Source: Pyrinomonadaceae bacterium
Lineage (GTDB): Bacteria > Acidobacteriota > Blastocatellia > Pyrinomonadales > Pyrinomonadaceae
Direction of reading: 5' to 3'
Length of the DNA stretch: 64,000 nucleotides
Assembly (NCBI GenBank): GCA_046313635.1
Contig: JBKBYA010000001.1
Location: 256,001 to 320,000 of the forward strand
Of this stretch, positions 48,705 through 57,595 are shown piece by piece. A program made the translations under genes and the position numbers. Below the pieces are notes generated by a model, which was not told the origin of the DNA, did no database searches, and worked only from the letters and a program-made list of their open reading frames with translations. Each line of letters opens with the position of its first letter. Within the stretch, counting starts at the first letter, position 1.

Positions 48705-50603
48705 ATGTGCGGAATCGCTGGCTGGATAAAACTCGATAAAAACGATACGACGCCAAACAGCGAGGCGGTGCTGCACTCGATGTGCGAGCGGATCGTGCAT
48801 CGCGGGCCGGATTCTGAAGGGTTGTGGACGGACGATCAGGTTGCGCTTGGAATGCGGCGGCTGTCGATCATCGATCTGAAGACGGGCGACCAGCCGGTGT
48901 TTAGCTGCGACCGTTCGGTCGTCGTGATGATGAACGGCGAGCTGTACAATTACCGAGAGGTGCGCGGCGAGCTCGAGAAACGCGGTCACAAATTCACGAC
49001 CAAAACAGACACCGAAATCCTTCCGCACCTCTACGAGGAGTACGGCGACGCGCTCGTCGAGCATCTCAACGGGATGTACGCCTTCGCGTTGTGGGACCAG
49101 CGAAAGAGAAAGCTGATCATCGCCCGCGACCGCTTTGGCGAAAAGCCTCTGTACTACGGCATATTCGACGGCAAGCTGATCTACGCGTCGGAGCCGAAAG
49201 CGATCCTCGCCCACGCCGGCGTCAAACCCGAGCTCGATCTCGACGCTCTTCGGCATTACCTCTCGTTCGACTACGTCCCGGCGCCGATGTCGATCTACAA
49301 GGGCGTCAAAAAGCTCCCGGCGGCGCACATCCTCGTCGTCGAGAACGGCGAAGTCCGTACGCGGCGTTACTGGGACCTGAGCTTCCAAAAGAATGGCAAC
49401 GCGCGCTCGTTCGAGGCGGCCGCCGTCGAGTTGAAAGACCTGCTTTCCGACGCCGTCAGGATGCGGCTTGTCTCGGACGTGCCTCTGGGGATTCTGCTCT
49501 CGGGCGGTATCGACTCGTCGACGGTCGCGGCTTTTGCGGTGCGGCACGCGACCGAAAAAGTAAAGACATTCTCGATCGGCTTTGAAGAAGACTCTTTTGA
49601 CGAATCAAAATACGCTCGGCAAGTAGCACAGCATCTCGGCACGGAGCACTATGAAGACAAACTCAGCGCCGCGACGGCCGGCGATCTTATCTCAGAGATC
49701 GGCACGTGGCTCGACGAGCCTCTGTCCGACGGCTCGCTGATACCGACATTCCTGCTCGCACGATTCGTACGCAAGCACGTGACGGTCGCTCTCGGCGGCG
49801 ACGGCGGCGACGAGCTGTTTGCGGGTTACCCGATGTACTACGCGCACAAGGTCGCGGCGTACTACCGGTCGATACCGAGATTCCTGCGCGCCGGTCTGAT
49901 CGAGCCCGTCGTCAACGCTCTGCCGGTGTCGACACGGAATATGTCGTTCGACTACAAGGCGAAGCGGTTTGTCCGCGCGGCGAATCACGATTCGGTCACG
50001 CGGCATCATTCGTGGTTCGGCTCGTTCGCGATCGAGCAGCACGAGCAGCTACTGACGCGCGACGTGCTCGACGCGTCGAACGGCGACATTTACCGCGGGG
50101 CCCGCGAGATGCTCGGCCACGTCTCGACCGCCGACGAGATCGAGCAGATGCAGTACCTCGACGTCAATTTCTACATGGCCGAGGACATCCTGACCAAGGT
50201 CGACCGCGCGGCGATGGCCGTAAGCCTGGAGACGCGAGCGCCGTTTCTCGACCCGCGTGTCGGCGAGTTTGCGATGTCGATATCCGTCGAGTACAAATTG
50301 CGCGGCAGCAAGGGAAAGTACATTCTCAAAGAGGCTGTCAGAGACCTCCTGCCGCACGAGATATTGAGCCGTCCGAAGAAAGGCTTTGGCATCCCGATCG
50401 CCGAATGGCTCAAAGGCCGCCTCAATCCGCTGCTTCACGATATGCTCGCGCCGTCGCGGCTCGAGCGGCAGGGGCTCTTCAACGCCGAATACGTCCAAAC
50501 GCTCATTCGCGAGCACGAATCCGGCGCCGCCAGCCATCACAAAGAGCTATGGACGCTGCTCGTCTTCGAGCTCTGGGCGGACAACTTTCTCAGCCGGGCC
50601 TGA
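48705..50603 (+). CDS. asnB: asparagine synthase (glutamine-hydrolysing) family amidotransferase
   Basis: MCGIAG, HRGPD, RLSIIDL, LSGGIDSS, GDGGDELFAGY and RPKKGF. Confidence 0.95.
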   Translation: MCGIAGWIKLDKNDTTPNSEAVLHSMCERIVHRGPDSEGLWTDDQVALGMRRLSIIDLKTGDQPVFSCDRSVVVMMNGELYNYREVRGELEKRGHKFTTKTDTEILPHLYEEYGDALVEHLNGMYAFALWDQRKRKLIIARDRFGEKPLYYGIFDGKLIYASEPKAILAHAGVKPELDLDALRHYLSFDYVPAPMSIYKGVKKLPAAHILVVENGEVRTRRYWDLSFQKNGNARSFEAAAVELKDLLSDAVRMRLVSDVPLGILLSGGIDSSTVAAFAVRHATEKVKTFSIGFEEDSFDESKYARQVAQHLGTEHYEDKLSAATAGDLISEIGTWLDEPLSDGSLIPTFLLARFVRKHVTVALGGDGGDELFAGYPMYYAHKVAAYYRSIPRFLRAGLIEPVVNALPVSTRNMSFDYKAKRFVRAANHDSVTRHHSWFGSFAIEQHEQLLTRDVLDASNGDIYRGAREMLGHVSTADEIEQMQYLDVNFYMAEDILTKVDRAAMAVSLETRAPFLDPRVGEFAMSISVEYKLRGSKGKYILKEAVRDLLPHEILSRPKKGFGIPIAEWLKGRLNPLLHDMLAPSRLERQGLFNAEYVQTLIREHESGAASHHKELWTLLVFELWADNFLSRA

Positions 50604-50690
50604 CCTTTATCTCTCATCTATCATCTTTCATCTATTTCGAAAGGTCCGGCCGCTTGGCTCGGAATAGATGAGAGACGATAGATGAAAGAG
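50604..50690. repeat. inverted pair of heptamer arrays (TCATCTN)n/(NAGATGA)n
   Basis: tctctcatctatcatctttcatctatt ... aatagatgagagacgatagatgaaaga. Confidence 0.8.
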
Positions 50691-50752
50691 TCACGGGGCG
50701 ACGACGCGATCGATTTTTCCATCGCTTGTCGGTTCGGCTATCATTCCAACAT

Positions 50753-51712
50753 ATGAAAACACTCTATCCGGAGATCGAACCCTTTGATTCAGGCATGCTC
50801 AAGGTCTCGGATCTCCACGAGATCTACTGGGAGCGGGTGGGCAATCCGAACGGCATCCCGGTCGTTTTTCTTCACGGAGGACCGGGCGGCGGTCTGATCC
50901 CGATGTACCGGCAGTTCTTTGATCCGCAGGCGTATCACGTCATTCTTTTTGACCAGCGCGGCTCGGGGCGTTCGACGCCGCATTCGGAGCTCAAGGAGAA
51001 TACGACCTGGGACCTGATCAACGATATCGAGGCGCTGCGTGAGAAGTTCGGGATCGACAAATGGTACGTCTTTGGCGGGTCGTGGGGCTCGACGCTGAGC
51101 TTGGCCTACGCGGTCAATCATCCCGACCGCTGTTTGGGTCTGATCCTGCGCGGGATCTTCCTGACACGCCGCAAAGAGCTCGAGTGGTTTTACCAGTACG
51201 GCGCTTCGGAGATCTTCCCCGATTATTGGGAACGCTTCCGCGACGAGATACCCGAGGACGAACGAGGCGATTTCATCTCGGCATATTACAAGCGTCTTAC
51301 GAGCGACGACCCGGAGGTCCGCCTCTCGGCCGCGCGCGCGTGGAGCGTGTGGGAGGGCGCGACCTCAAAGCTCTATCCCGACCAGGGCCTGATGGACCAT
51401 TGGGAGGGCGAGCACGAGGCGCTGAGCCTCGCGCGCATCGAGTGTCATTACTTTATGAACAACTCGTTCTTCCCGTCGGAGAATTACCTGCTCGAGAATG
51501 TCGATAAGATCCGCGGCATCCCGACCGTCATCGTGCAGGGCCGCTACGATGTGGTCTGCCCGATGACGTCCGCGTGGGACCTGCACCGGGCGTTTCCGGA
51601 GGCGGAATTCATCGTAGTCCCCGACGCCGGGCACTCGGTTTCTGAAAAGGGAATTACCGCGGCGCTGGTCGATGCGATGGACAGATTCAAGGGCACGGCC
51701 GCGGCCTCGTGA
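50753..51712 (+). CDS. pip: proline iminopeptidase
   Basis: HGGPGGG, FDQRGSGRSTP, GGSWGS, GRYDVVCP and DAGHS. Confidence 0.95.
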   Translation: MKTLYPEIEPFDSGMLKVSDLHEIYWERVGNPNGIPVVFLHGGPGGGLIPMYRQFFDPQAYHVILFDQRGSGRSTPHSELKENTTWDLINDIEALREKFGIDKWYVFGGSWGSTLSLAYAVNHPDRCLGLILRGIFLTRRKELEWFYQYGASEIFPDYWERFRDEIPEDERGDFISAYYKRLTSDDPEVRLSAARAWSVWEGATSKLYPDQGLMDHWEGEHEALSLARIECHYFMNNSFFPSENYLLENVDKIRGIPTVIVQGRYDVVCPMTSAWDLHRAFPEAEFIVVPDAGHSVSEKGITAALVDAMDRFKGTAAAS

Positions 51713-51820
51713 CGTGGCAAATCGGGCGAATCGGCGTAAGATGATTCATTGTCGGCGGGACTCTTGACGAGAAACGTCCTGCCCGCCGTCAGCGTCAGTC
51801 AGACGGACGAGATCAAACGT

Positions 51821-52075
51821 ATGAACTTCGGAACAACAGAGATCATTCTGATCGTCGCGGTGCTCTTCCTGCTCTTTGGCGCATCGCGTTTGCCGCAGCT
51901 TGCCAAGTCGCTCGGACAGTCGAGAAAGGCGTTTCGCGAGGGAATGCGCGAGGCCGAAGAAGAGGAGGCGAGCGAGCGCTCGCGACTCGCCGCAAAAGAT
52001 GCCCCGCAGATCACCGCGATGAGCGACGAAGAGCTCGCCGCCGAAATGCGGCGCCGCGCCGAGGCGAAACAGTAA
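51821..52075 (+). CDS. tatA: twin-arginine translocase TatA/TatE subunit
   Basis: FGTTEIILIVAVLFLLFGASRLPQLAKSLG. Confidence 0.9.
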   Translation: MNFGTTEIILIVAVLFLLFGASRLPQLAKSLGQSRKAFREGMREAEEEEASERSRLAAKDAPQITAMSDEELAAEMRRRAEAKQ

Positions 52076-52076
52076 C

Positions 52077-52176
52077 AAAGTGAAAGAGTGAAAAAGTGAA
52101 AGAGTGAAATAGCCGGCGGTGCGGGCCTGAGCTTTTTCACTCTTCCACCGTTTCACCGTCTCACTTTTTCACGTTC
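52077..52176. repeat. inverted pair of octamer arrays (GTGAAA(G/A)A)n/(T(C/T)TTTCAC)n
   Basis: aaagtgaaagagtgaaaaagtgaaagagtgaaa ... tttttcactcttccaccgtttcaccgtctcactttttcac. Confidence 0.8.
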
Positions 52177-52974
52177 TCACCCTTTCTCGCCGGTCACAAG
52201 CGTCGCCTTTACCGAGAATCGAAAGCTCAGACTGCCGTCCTCTTCGTCGACGAGCTTTGACAAGCGCTCGATCACGCGGGCCTGATCTTCTTCGCCGAGA
52301 GACCGCAGCCATACGGGGATCAAAAAGTCGCCGACGAGTGGCGAATTCACCAAGGCCTTGCCGTCGTCGTATTCAAAGACCTCGTTCGCCGTATGCGTCA
52401 CGATGTTGACCATACCGGCGTCGCGTGCGAGCTGCTCGACATGCGAGACGCTCGGCAGCTCGGTGATCATCTCTTCGGCGGCGCGGCCGTGATCGCCGAG
52501 ATCCTCGTTAAAGAGCACTTCCCACAGCAGCGAAAAGATCTCGCCAAAACTGCCCGCGGTGACGGTCATCACGCCGACGCTGGCCCCAGTCTCGGCCACG
52601 CGCAGCGTCTCGTCAAAGAATTCGCCAAGGGCCTCGGGCCTGACAAAGCTCGCGTCGCCGATCACCGCGTCAAACGAGCCCGTATCGAACTGCGTCATCG
52701 AAAATTCGACGTCCGACTTGATCGCCGCAGCCTTGTCGCGGGCGATCGTGAGCATGTCCTCGTCCTCGACGGCGGCGAAGATATTCGTTCGTTTATCGAG
52801 CCGGTCGCGCAGCTCGAAGGCGTGCGCTCCCGTGCCGGCGTTGATGTAAAGCAGATTCTGCTCTTCGCCGCCGAATTCAAAGTGCTTGTCGACAAGCTCC
52901 GCAAAGCGGCGGGTCCACTCGTCGGCGATGTAAAGGTCCCGCAAAAATGCGAGTTCCTTTTGTGTTTTGGCCAT
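52177..52974 (-). CDS. class I SAM methyltransferase-like protein (degenerate motif I)
   Basis: LLYINAGTG and SFDAVIGD; RBS GGAG before ATG 52974. Confidence 0.75.
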   Translation of the reverse strand: MAKTQKELAFLRDLYIADEWTRRFAELVDKHFEFGGEEQNLLYINAGTGAHAFELRDRLDKRTNIFAAVEDEDMLTIARDKAAAIKSDVEFSMTQFDTGSFDAVIGDASFVRPEALGEFFDETLRVAETGASVGVMTVTAGSFGEIFSLLWEVLFNEDLGDHGRAAEEMITELPSVSHVEQLARDAGMVNIVTHTANEVFEYDDGKALVNSPLVGDFLIPVWLRSLGEEDQARVIERLSKLVDEEDGSLSFRFSVKATLVTGEKG

Positions 52975-53016
52975 GTCTCCATTTAATCGCACGCCCCCAG
53001 ACCCGCGCAAAGTCAG

Positions 53017-53140
53017 AACCACCCGCGTCAGCGGGTGGGTTCGTCGGCCGCGGTCAGGAATCGCCGCGAAACACGCGAAAAGACGCGAAAGCTGAAAATC
53101 AACTCCTTTCCTGTATCCGTGTCATCAGTGTTTATCCGCG
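53017..53140. repeat. REP-like palindrome plus 9-mer arrays
   Basis: AACCACCCGC-GTCA-GCGGGTGGGTT (53017-53041), then (ACGCGAAA.)n and (ATCCGTGT.)n runs. Confidence 0.7.
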
Positions 53141-53198
53141 GGCGAAGACCTCGTCCGCTTACGCGGGGCGGTTCTGACCTGTGCTACGATCGGCGTCG

Positions 53199-53972
53199 AT
53201 GAGTGTGAACGTGAAAGAACTATTCGACCTGACGGGCCGCACCGCTATCGTCACCGGCGGCTCGCGCGGGATCGGCAAAGAAATGGCCGAGGCACTCGGC
53301 GAGGGTGGAGCGGATCTGATGCTCTGCGCGCGGCGTGCCGAATGGCTCGATCGGACCGTCGAGGAATTTCGCTCGCGAGGCTTTAATATCGCAGCAAGGC
53401 TATGCGACGTTTCAAAACCCGACGAGGTGCAGGCCGTCGTTGACCAAGCTGTCGAGACCTTTGGCGGCGTCGATATCCTCGTCAACAACGCCGGCATCTC
53501 GTGGGGAGCGATGCCCGAGGATATGCCGCTTGAAAAATGGCAGCAGGTGATCGACGTCAATCTCACGGGCTGCTTTTTGTTTGCCCAGGCAGCCGGCCGC
53601 GAGATGCTGAAGCGCGAGCGCGGCTCTATCATCAATATCGCTTCGATCTCGGGCCTGACGTCGAGCGCCAACGGGCCCTTCTACGCGGGCTACGTCGCGA
53701 GCAAGGCCGGCCTGATCGGCCTGACGCGCGAGCTCGCGGCGAGCTGGGGCCGCAAGGGAATTCGCGTCAACGCGATCGCGCCGGGATTTTTTCATTCGCG
53801 CCTGGCGGACGCCGTGATCGACATCTACGAGCGCTCGATCCAGGAGAACAACGTCATTCCCCGCGTCGGACGAGAAGGCGAGCTTAAAGGTGTTACAGTA
53901 TTTCTTGCATCCGACGCGTCGAGCTACGTCACCGGTCAGACGATCGCGATCGACGGCGGAATGACGGTTTGA
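53199..53972 (+). CDS. SDR-family oxidoreductase
   Basis: TGGSRGIG, NNAG, YVASK, NAIAPG and IDGG. Confidence 0.95.
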   Translation: MSVNVKELFDLTGRTAIVTGGSRGIGKEMAEALGEGGADLMLCARRAEWLDRTVEEFRSRGFNIAARLCDVSKPDEVQAVVDQAVETFGGVDILVNNAGISWGAMPEDMPLEKWQQVIDVNLTGCFLFAQAAGREMLKRERGSIINIASISGLTSSANGPFYAGYVASKAGLIGLTRELAASWGRKGIRVNAIAPGFFHSRLADAVIDIYERSIQENNVIPRVGREGELKGVTVFLASDASSYVTGQTIAIDGGMTV

Positions 53973-54109
53973 TTTTGGATCTTGGAGCTTGGATTTTAGA
54001 TTTTGGATCGAGGGGAGATTGAATGTCCAAAACTGAATCTGTGGCAGGATGATCGGCGATCGACTCGATCCCCGGCATTCAATCCAAAATCCAAAATCCA
54101 AAATTCAAA
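53971..54109. repeat. inverted pair of heptamer arrays (GATTTTG)n/(CAAAATC)n
   Basis: gattttggatcttggagcttggattttagattttggat ... aatccaaaatccaaaatccaaaattcaaaat. Confidence 0.85.
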
Positions 54110-54814
54110 ATGGAACTAACGCCCGAACTCTCGACTTTCGCCATTCTCGCGATCGGCTTCGTGCTCGGTCTGCAGCACGCGACCGACGCCGATCATCTGG
54201 CCGCGGTCTCGACGATCGTAAGCGAAAAAAAGGGCCTCCTGACCTCGTCGCTCGTCGGCGGACTGTGGGGCCTCGGCCATACGATCTCGCTGTTTGCGGT
54301 GGGCGTGCTGGTGGTATTTCTAAAGCTGCAGATCTCGGAAACGGTCGAATCGCGGCTCGAGGCGGCCGTCGGCGCGATGCTCGTGCTGCTCGGCGCCAAC
54401 GCTCTCAGAAAGCTGTTTCGGGCGCGGCAAATACACCTTCATACCCACGAGCACGACGGCCATCTGCACTCGCACATCCACACGCATACAAAGAGCGATG
54501 CCGCCGACGGACCGCATCACCGCTTCAGCCCGCGTTCGTTTGTGATCGGGATGATCCACGGCCTCGCGGGCAGCGCGGCGCTGATGCTGCTCGTCGTCCC
54601 GACGATCGACTCTCAGGCCGTCGCTCTGGTTTACATTTTGATATTCGGTATCGGCTCGATCGGCGGGATGATGGCGATGAGCTTTTTGATCGGACTGCCG
54701 TTTCATTTCACGGCCGGCAGATTCGATGTGTTGAACCGCGGGATCAGATTGGTCGCGGGACTTTTCAGCCTCGGCCTCGGCGCCTTGATGGTTTACGAAA
54801 AGATGCTCGCCTGA
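54110..54814 (+). CDS. Ni/Co transporter-like membrane protein (UreH/NiCoT-related)
   Basis: HATDADH, WGLGH, His-rich loop HLHTHEHDGHLHSHIHTH, GMIHGLAGSA. Confidence 0.88.
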   Translation: MELTPELSTFAILAIGFVLGLQHATDADHLAAVSTIVSEKKGLLTSSLVGGLWGLGHTISLFAVGVLVVFLKLQISETVESRLEAAVGAMLVLLGANALRKLFRARQIHLHTHEHDGHLHSHIHTHTKSDAADGPHHRFSPRSFVIGMIHGLAGSAALMLLVVPTIDSQAVALVYILIFGIGSIGGMMAMSFLIGLPFHFTAGRFDVLNRGIRLVAGLFSLGLGALMVYEKMLA

Positions 54815-54818
54815 CAAC

Positions 54819-54900
54819 CTCTGCGTTCTTTGCGTGCTCTGCGTCAAAGAACATCTGCTAACCGCAAAGTTCGCAAAGAGTGACGCAAAGGACGCAGAGT
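54819..54900. repeat. inverted pair of 9-mer arrays (CTTTGCG..)n/(..CGCAAAG)n
   Basis: ctctgcgttctttgcgtgctctgcgtc ... cgcaaagttcgcaaagagtgacgcaaaggacgcagag. Confidence 0.8.
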
Positions 54901-54924
54901 GTTTTTACCGCAAGACGTCCTGCC

Positions 54925-55647
54925 TTAATCCTCGAACACAAACTCGCCAAACTTCTCCGGAACGTGAAAGTTCGGCTTCTCGGTCAGCGTCGGCCGCCAC
55001 GCGAGATAGCCGCGGTCGGGATCTCGTCCGACACAGCGAAACAGATTGCCGAGCCAGATATCGCCGGCCTTTGGCTCCCTGCCAAGCGCTTTCCAGCCGA
55101 CACGCATCGCCATCACGACCTTGTTCTTTTCGATCCGCGCGGACGATCTCATCCCTGAGGCGTAGTCCCAATCGGTCGTTCGTTTGCCGTCCGGTGCGAT
55201 CTCGATGCTGAGATCGATCCATTCGCCGGTCGGCGCGACCTCGAATTCAAAATACCGCCGCGGCCGCTCGCGGTCAGGAGCGATAAAGATCTCGCAGACA
55301 TCTCGATCCCACAGCTGCAGTGTCTTTTTCGAAGTGTCGGGCCTGTCGCTCACCACAAGCGGCTCGTGCTGCCCGGCCTCGAACCGCACATAAAGCGACG
55401 TGTCGGACCAAAGCATCCGCACGCTGAAGTGCCGCGATCGCGGCGCCGGCCGGCCCGACCAGTAGGTTTCGACCTCGACAACCGAAGCTGCTGACCACGC
55501 GGCGTTGTCGAGCGCACCGATCGCGAAGTCTTTGGTGATGTGCTTGATCTTGATACTTTCCGGTGCGGACATCGTTTGCGCATTTGCCGCGGCCGCTCCG
55601 GCGAGGAGCGCGAGGACCGCCGCGGCGATGTGACGATTTGATCTCAT
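54925..55647 (-). CDS. carbohydrate-binding family 9-like (DOMON-like) exported protein
   Basis: Signal peptide, LWSDTSLYVRF, DVCEIFI, YFEFEVAP, GNLFRC and FHVPEKFG. Confidence 0.85.
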   Translation of the reverse strand: MRSNRHIAAAVLALLAGAAAANAQTMSAPESIKIKHITKDFAIGALDNAAWSAASVVEVETYWSGRPAPRSRHFSVRMLWSDTSLYVRFEAGQHEPLVVSDRPDTSKKTLQLWDRDVCEIFIAPDRERPRRYFEFEVAPTGEWIDLSIEIAPDGKRTTDWDYASGMRSSARIEKNKVVMAMRVGWKALGREPKAGDIWLGNLFRCVGRDPDRGYLAWRPTLTEKPNFHVPEKFGEFVFED

Positions 55648-55790
55648 CCGAACTGTCTCGGATCGAAAGGCGGGCTTTGAAAGCTACCGCATAGAGTGTT
55701 CGGAATCATACGCGGCGTTCGGCCGCCTCGGCAAGCACCGGTTCCGCATGCAGCACCGATCAGATCGAATGAGAACAGATCTGCCTCGTG

Positions 55791-57536
55791 TTACCTGCTG
55801 GTGTTGAGAACGGTCTTGACGGCCATTTTGGCGAGCTTCCACGTGCGGTCCCAGTCGATCTTGCCGTCCTCGGTGTCGCGGCCCATCAGCTTGTTGACGA
55901 ACATCCGGCGAAAATCCTTGCCCTCGCGGCGGAGCATAAATTCCTTTGCGTACGGCTTGGCCGTCTCGAAAAAGTTGAACTCGGGATCCGTGATGATGCC
56001 GATGCCCTCGAGCGTCATCAGCGCGCGCATGATGTACGTGAAGTTAGACGGCAGACGGAACGGATAGTCGTACATCACGTCGGCGAGATCGTATGTGAGC
56101 TCTTTGAAGTTGACGTCCTTGAGCTTGAGATTGAGATGAAACTCAAACATCTTTTCGACCACCGGACGCACGACCTCGGGGTTTGTTCCCGGCTTGAGAA
56201 AGTCGAGCTCGATCAGGTCCTGCGCGATGCCGGACGGGTCTTTACCGACGACGTGAAAGAATGCGTCGATCATCTTTGACTGCAGCTCCGGCGAAATGCG
56301 GCCGACCATTCCAAAGTCGAAAAATGCGAGCCGCCCGTCCGGCATCACGAGCAGATTGCCCGGATGCGGATCGGCGTGAAAGAAGCCGTCCTCGAGCAGC
56401 TGCTTGAGATACGTGCGGATCAGCAGGCGATTGACCTTTTCGGGCGCGATGCTCTTGGCCTGCAGGCCGTCGAGATCGATCACCTTGGTGCCGTGGATAA
56501 ACTCCATCGTCAGCACCTTTGACGTCGTCGCGTGCCAGAAGATACGCGGGACGTAGACGTTTGACCAGTTCTTAAAGCTCTCGCGAAACCGCTCGGCGTT
56601 GCGGCCCTCCGACTGGTAGTCCATCTCCTCGCGGACCGTCTCGTTGAATTCGCGCAGCATCCCGGACCAGTCGGCGTTCTCGTTGAGCTGCGGAAAGCGT
56701 TCGGCAAAATTCGCGACCTTGCGCAGGATCGCGAGATCGCCTTTGATCGTCGCCTCGAGGTTTGGCCGCTGCACCTTGACCGCCACTTCCTCGCCCGAAA
56801 AGAGCCGAGCGCGATAGACCTGACCGAGCGAGGCGGCGGCGATCGGCTCGATCTCGAATTCGGCGTAAACCTCATTGATCTTTTTGCCGAGCTCGTGCTC
56901 GATGCGTGCAAAGGCGATGTCGTTCGGGAAGGGCGGCACCTGATCGACGAGCGTGCCGAGCTCTTTGACGAAAGGCAGCGGCAGCAGATCGGCTCGCGTC
57001 GCGAGCGACTGGCCGATCTTGATGAATGTCGGCCCGAGCTCGATCAGCTTTTCCTTGAGCCAGACGGCCTGATCTTCCTGGATCGCCTCGCGGCGCTCGA
57101 CGCGCCCGAGCACGACGCGGCGAAGCGCGAGCATAAAGATGTGAAAGACCCACATCCGCACGCCGTAAAGCTTTTCGCCGTACCAAGCGAGGCGCGTCAG
57201 ACGCGCGGCCCGGCGACGGCGTTCTCTCGCGAGCCGCTGGTGATGCTTGTGATGCAGGTCGTACTGATCGAGGTAGAGAAAGAGCGAGAGCTTGCCGATC
57301 ACGCTCATGATGTGGGCAAGGCGGAGGTACCCGCGAAAGCCGTGGTAGCGCGCCTCGACGGCCGCCTCTTTTTGGCTGAGGAATTTTTCTTCTTCGACGC
57401 GCTGCTCGGCGGTGGTCAGCCTTGCGATCGGCAGGTCGCTCGTGCTGACGACCGTGTGCGGGCCGCCATTCTCGCTCGTCGGATCGATGCCGAAATTCCT
57501 GATCGCGAGTGCCTGCTCCTGAGATAACTTGCTCAT
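55791..57536 (-). CDS. ABC1/AarF/UbiB-family atypical kinase
   Basis: LGPTFIKIGQ, AAASLGQVY, VAVKVQRP, FFHADPHPGN and DFGM. Confidence 0.95.
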   Translation of the reverse strand: MSKLSQEQALAIRNFGIDPTSENGGPHTVVSTSDLPIARLTTAEQRVEEEKFLSQKEAAVEARYHGFRGYLRLAHIMSVIGKLSLFLYLDQYDLHHKHHQRLARERRRRAARLTRLAWYGEKLYGVRMWVFHIFMLALRRVVLGRVERREAIQEDQAVWLKEKLIELGPTFIKIGQSLATRADLLPLPFVKELGTLVDQVPPFPNDIAFARIEHELGKKINEVYAEFEIEPIAAASLGQVYRARLFSGEEVAVKVQRPNLEATIKGDLAILRKVANFAERFPQLNENADWSGMLREFNETVREEMDYQSEGRNAERFRESFKNWSNVYVPRIFWHATTSKVLTMEFIHGTKVIDLDGLQAKSIAPEKVNRLLIRTYLKQLLEDGFFHADPHPGNLLVMPDGRLAFFDFGMVGRISPELQSKMIDAFFHVVGKDPSGIAQDLIELDFLKPGTNPEVVRPVVEKMFEFHLNLKLKDVNFKELTYDLADVMYDYPFRLPSNFTYIMRALMTLEGIGIITDPEFNFFETAKPYAKEFMLRREGKDFRRMFVNKLMGRDTEDGKIDWDRTWKLAKMAVKTVLNTSR

Positions 57537-57595
57537 CCTTTAACCGATTCGTCTTTCGGAAGAGTTTCGATGCGGCCGCGCCGCCGGGCTTTGCA

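Noticed and set aside
51749..51792. Hairpin upstream of tatA as a riboswitch
   Set aside because: A GGCGGG/CCCGCC stem is present, but I recognise no aptamer consensus.
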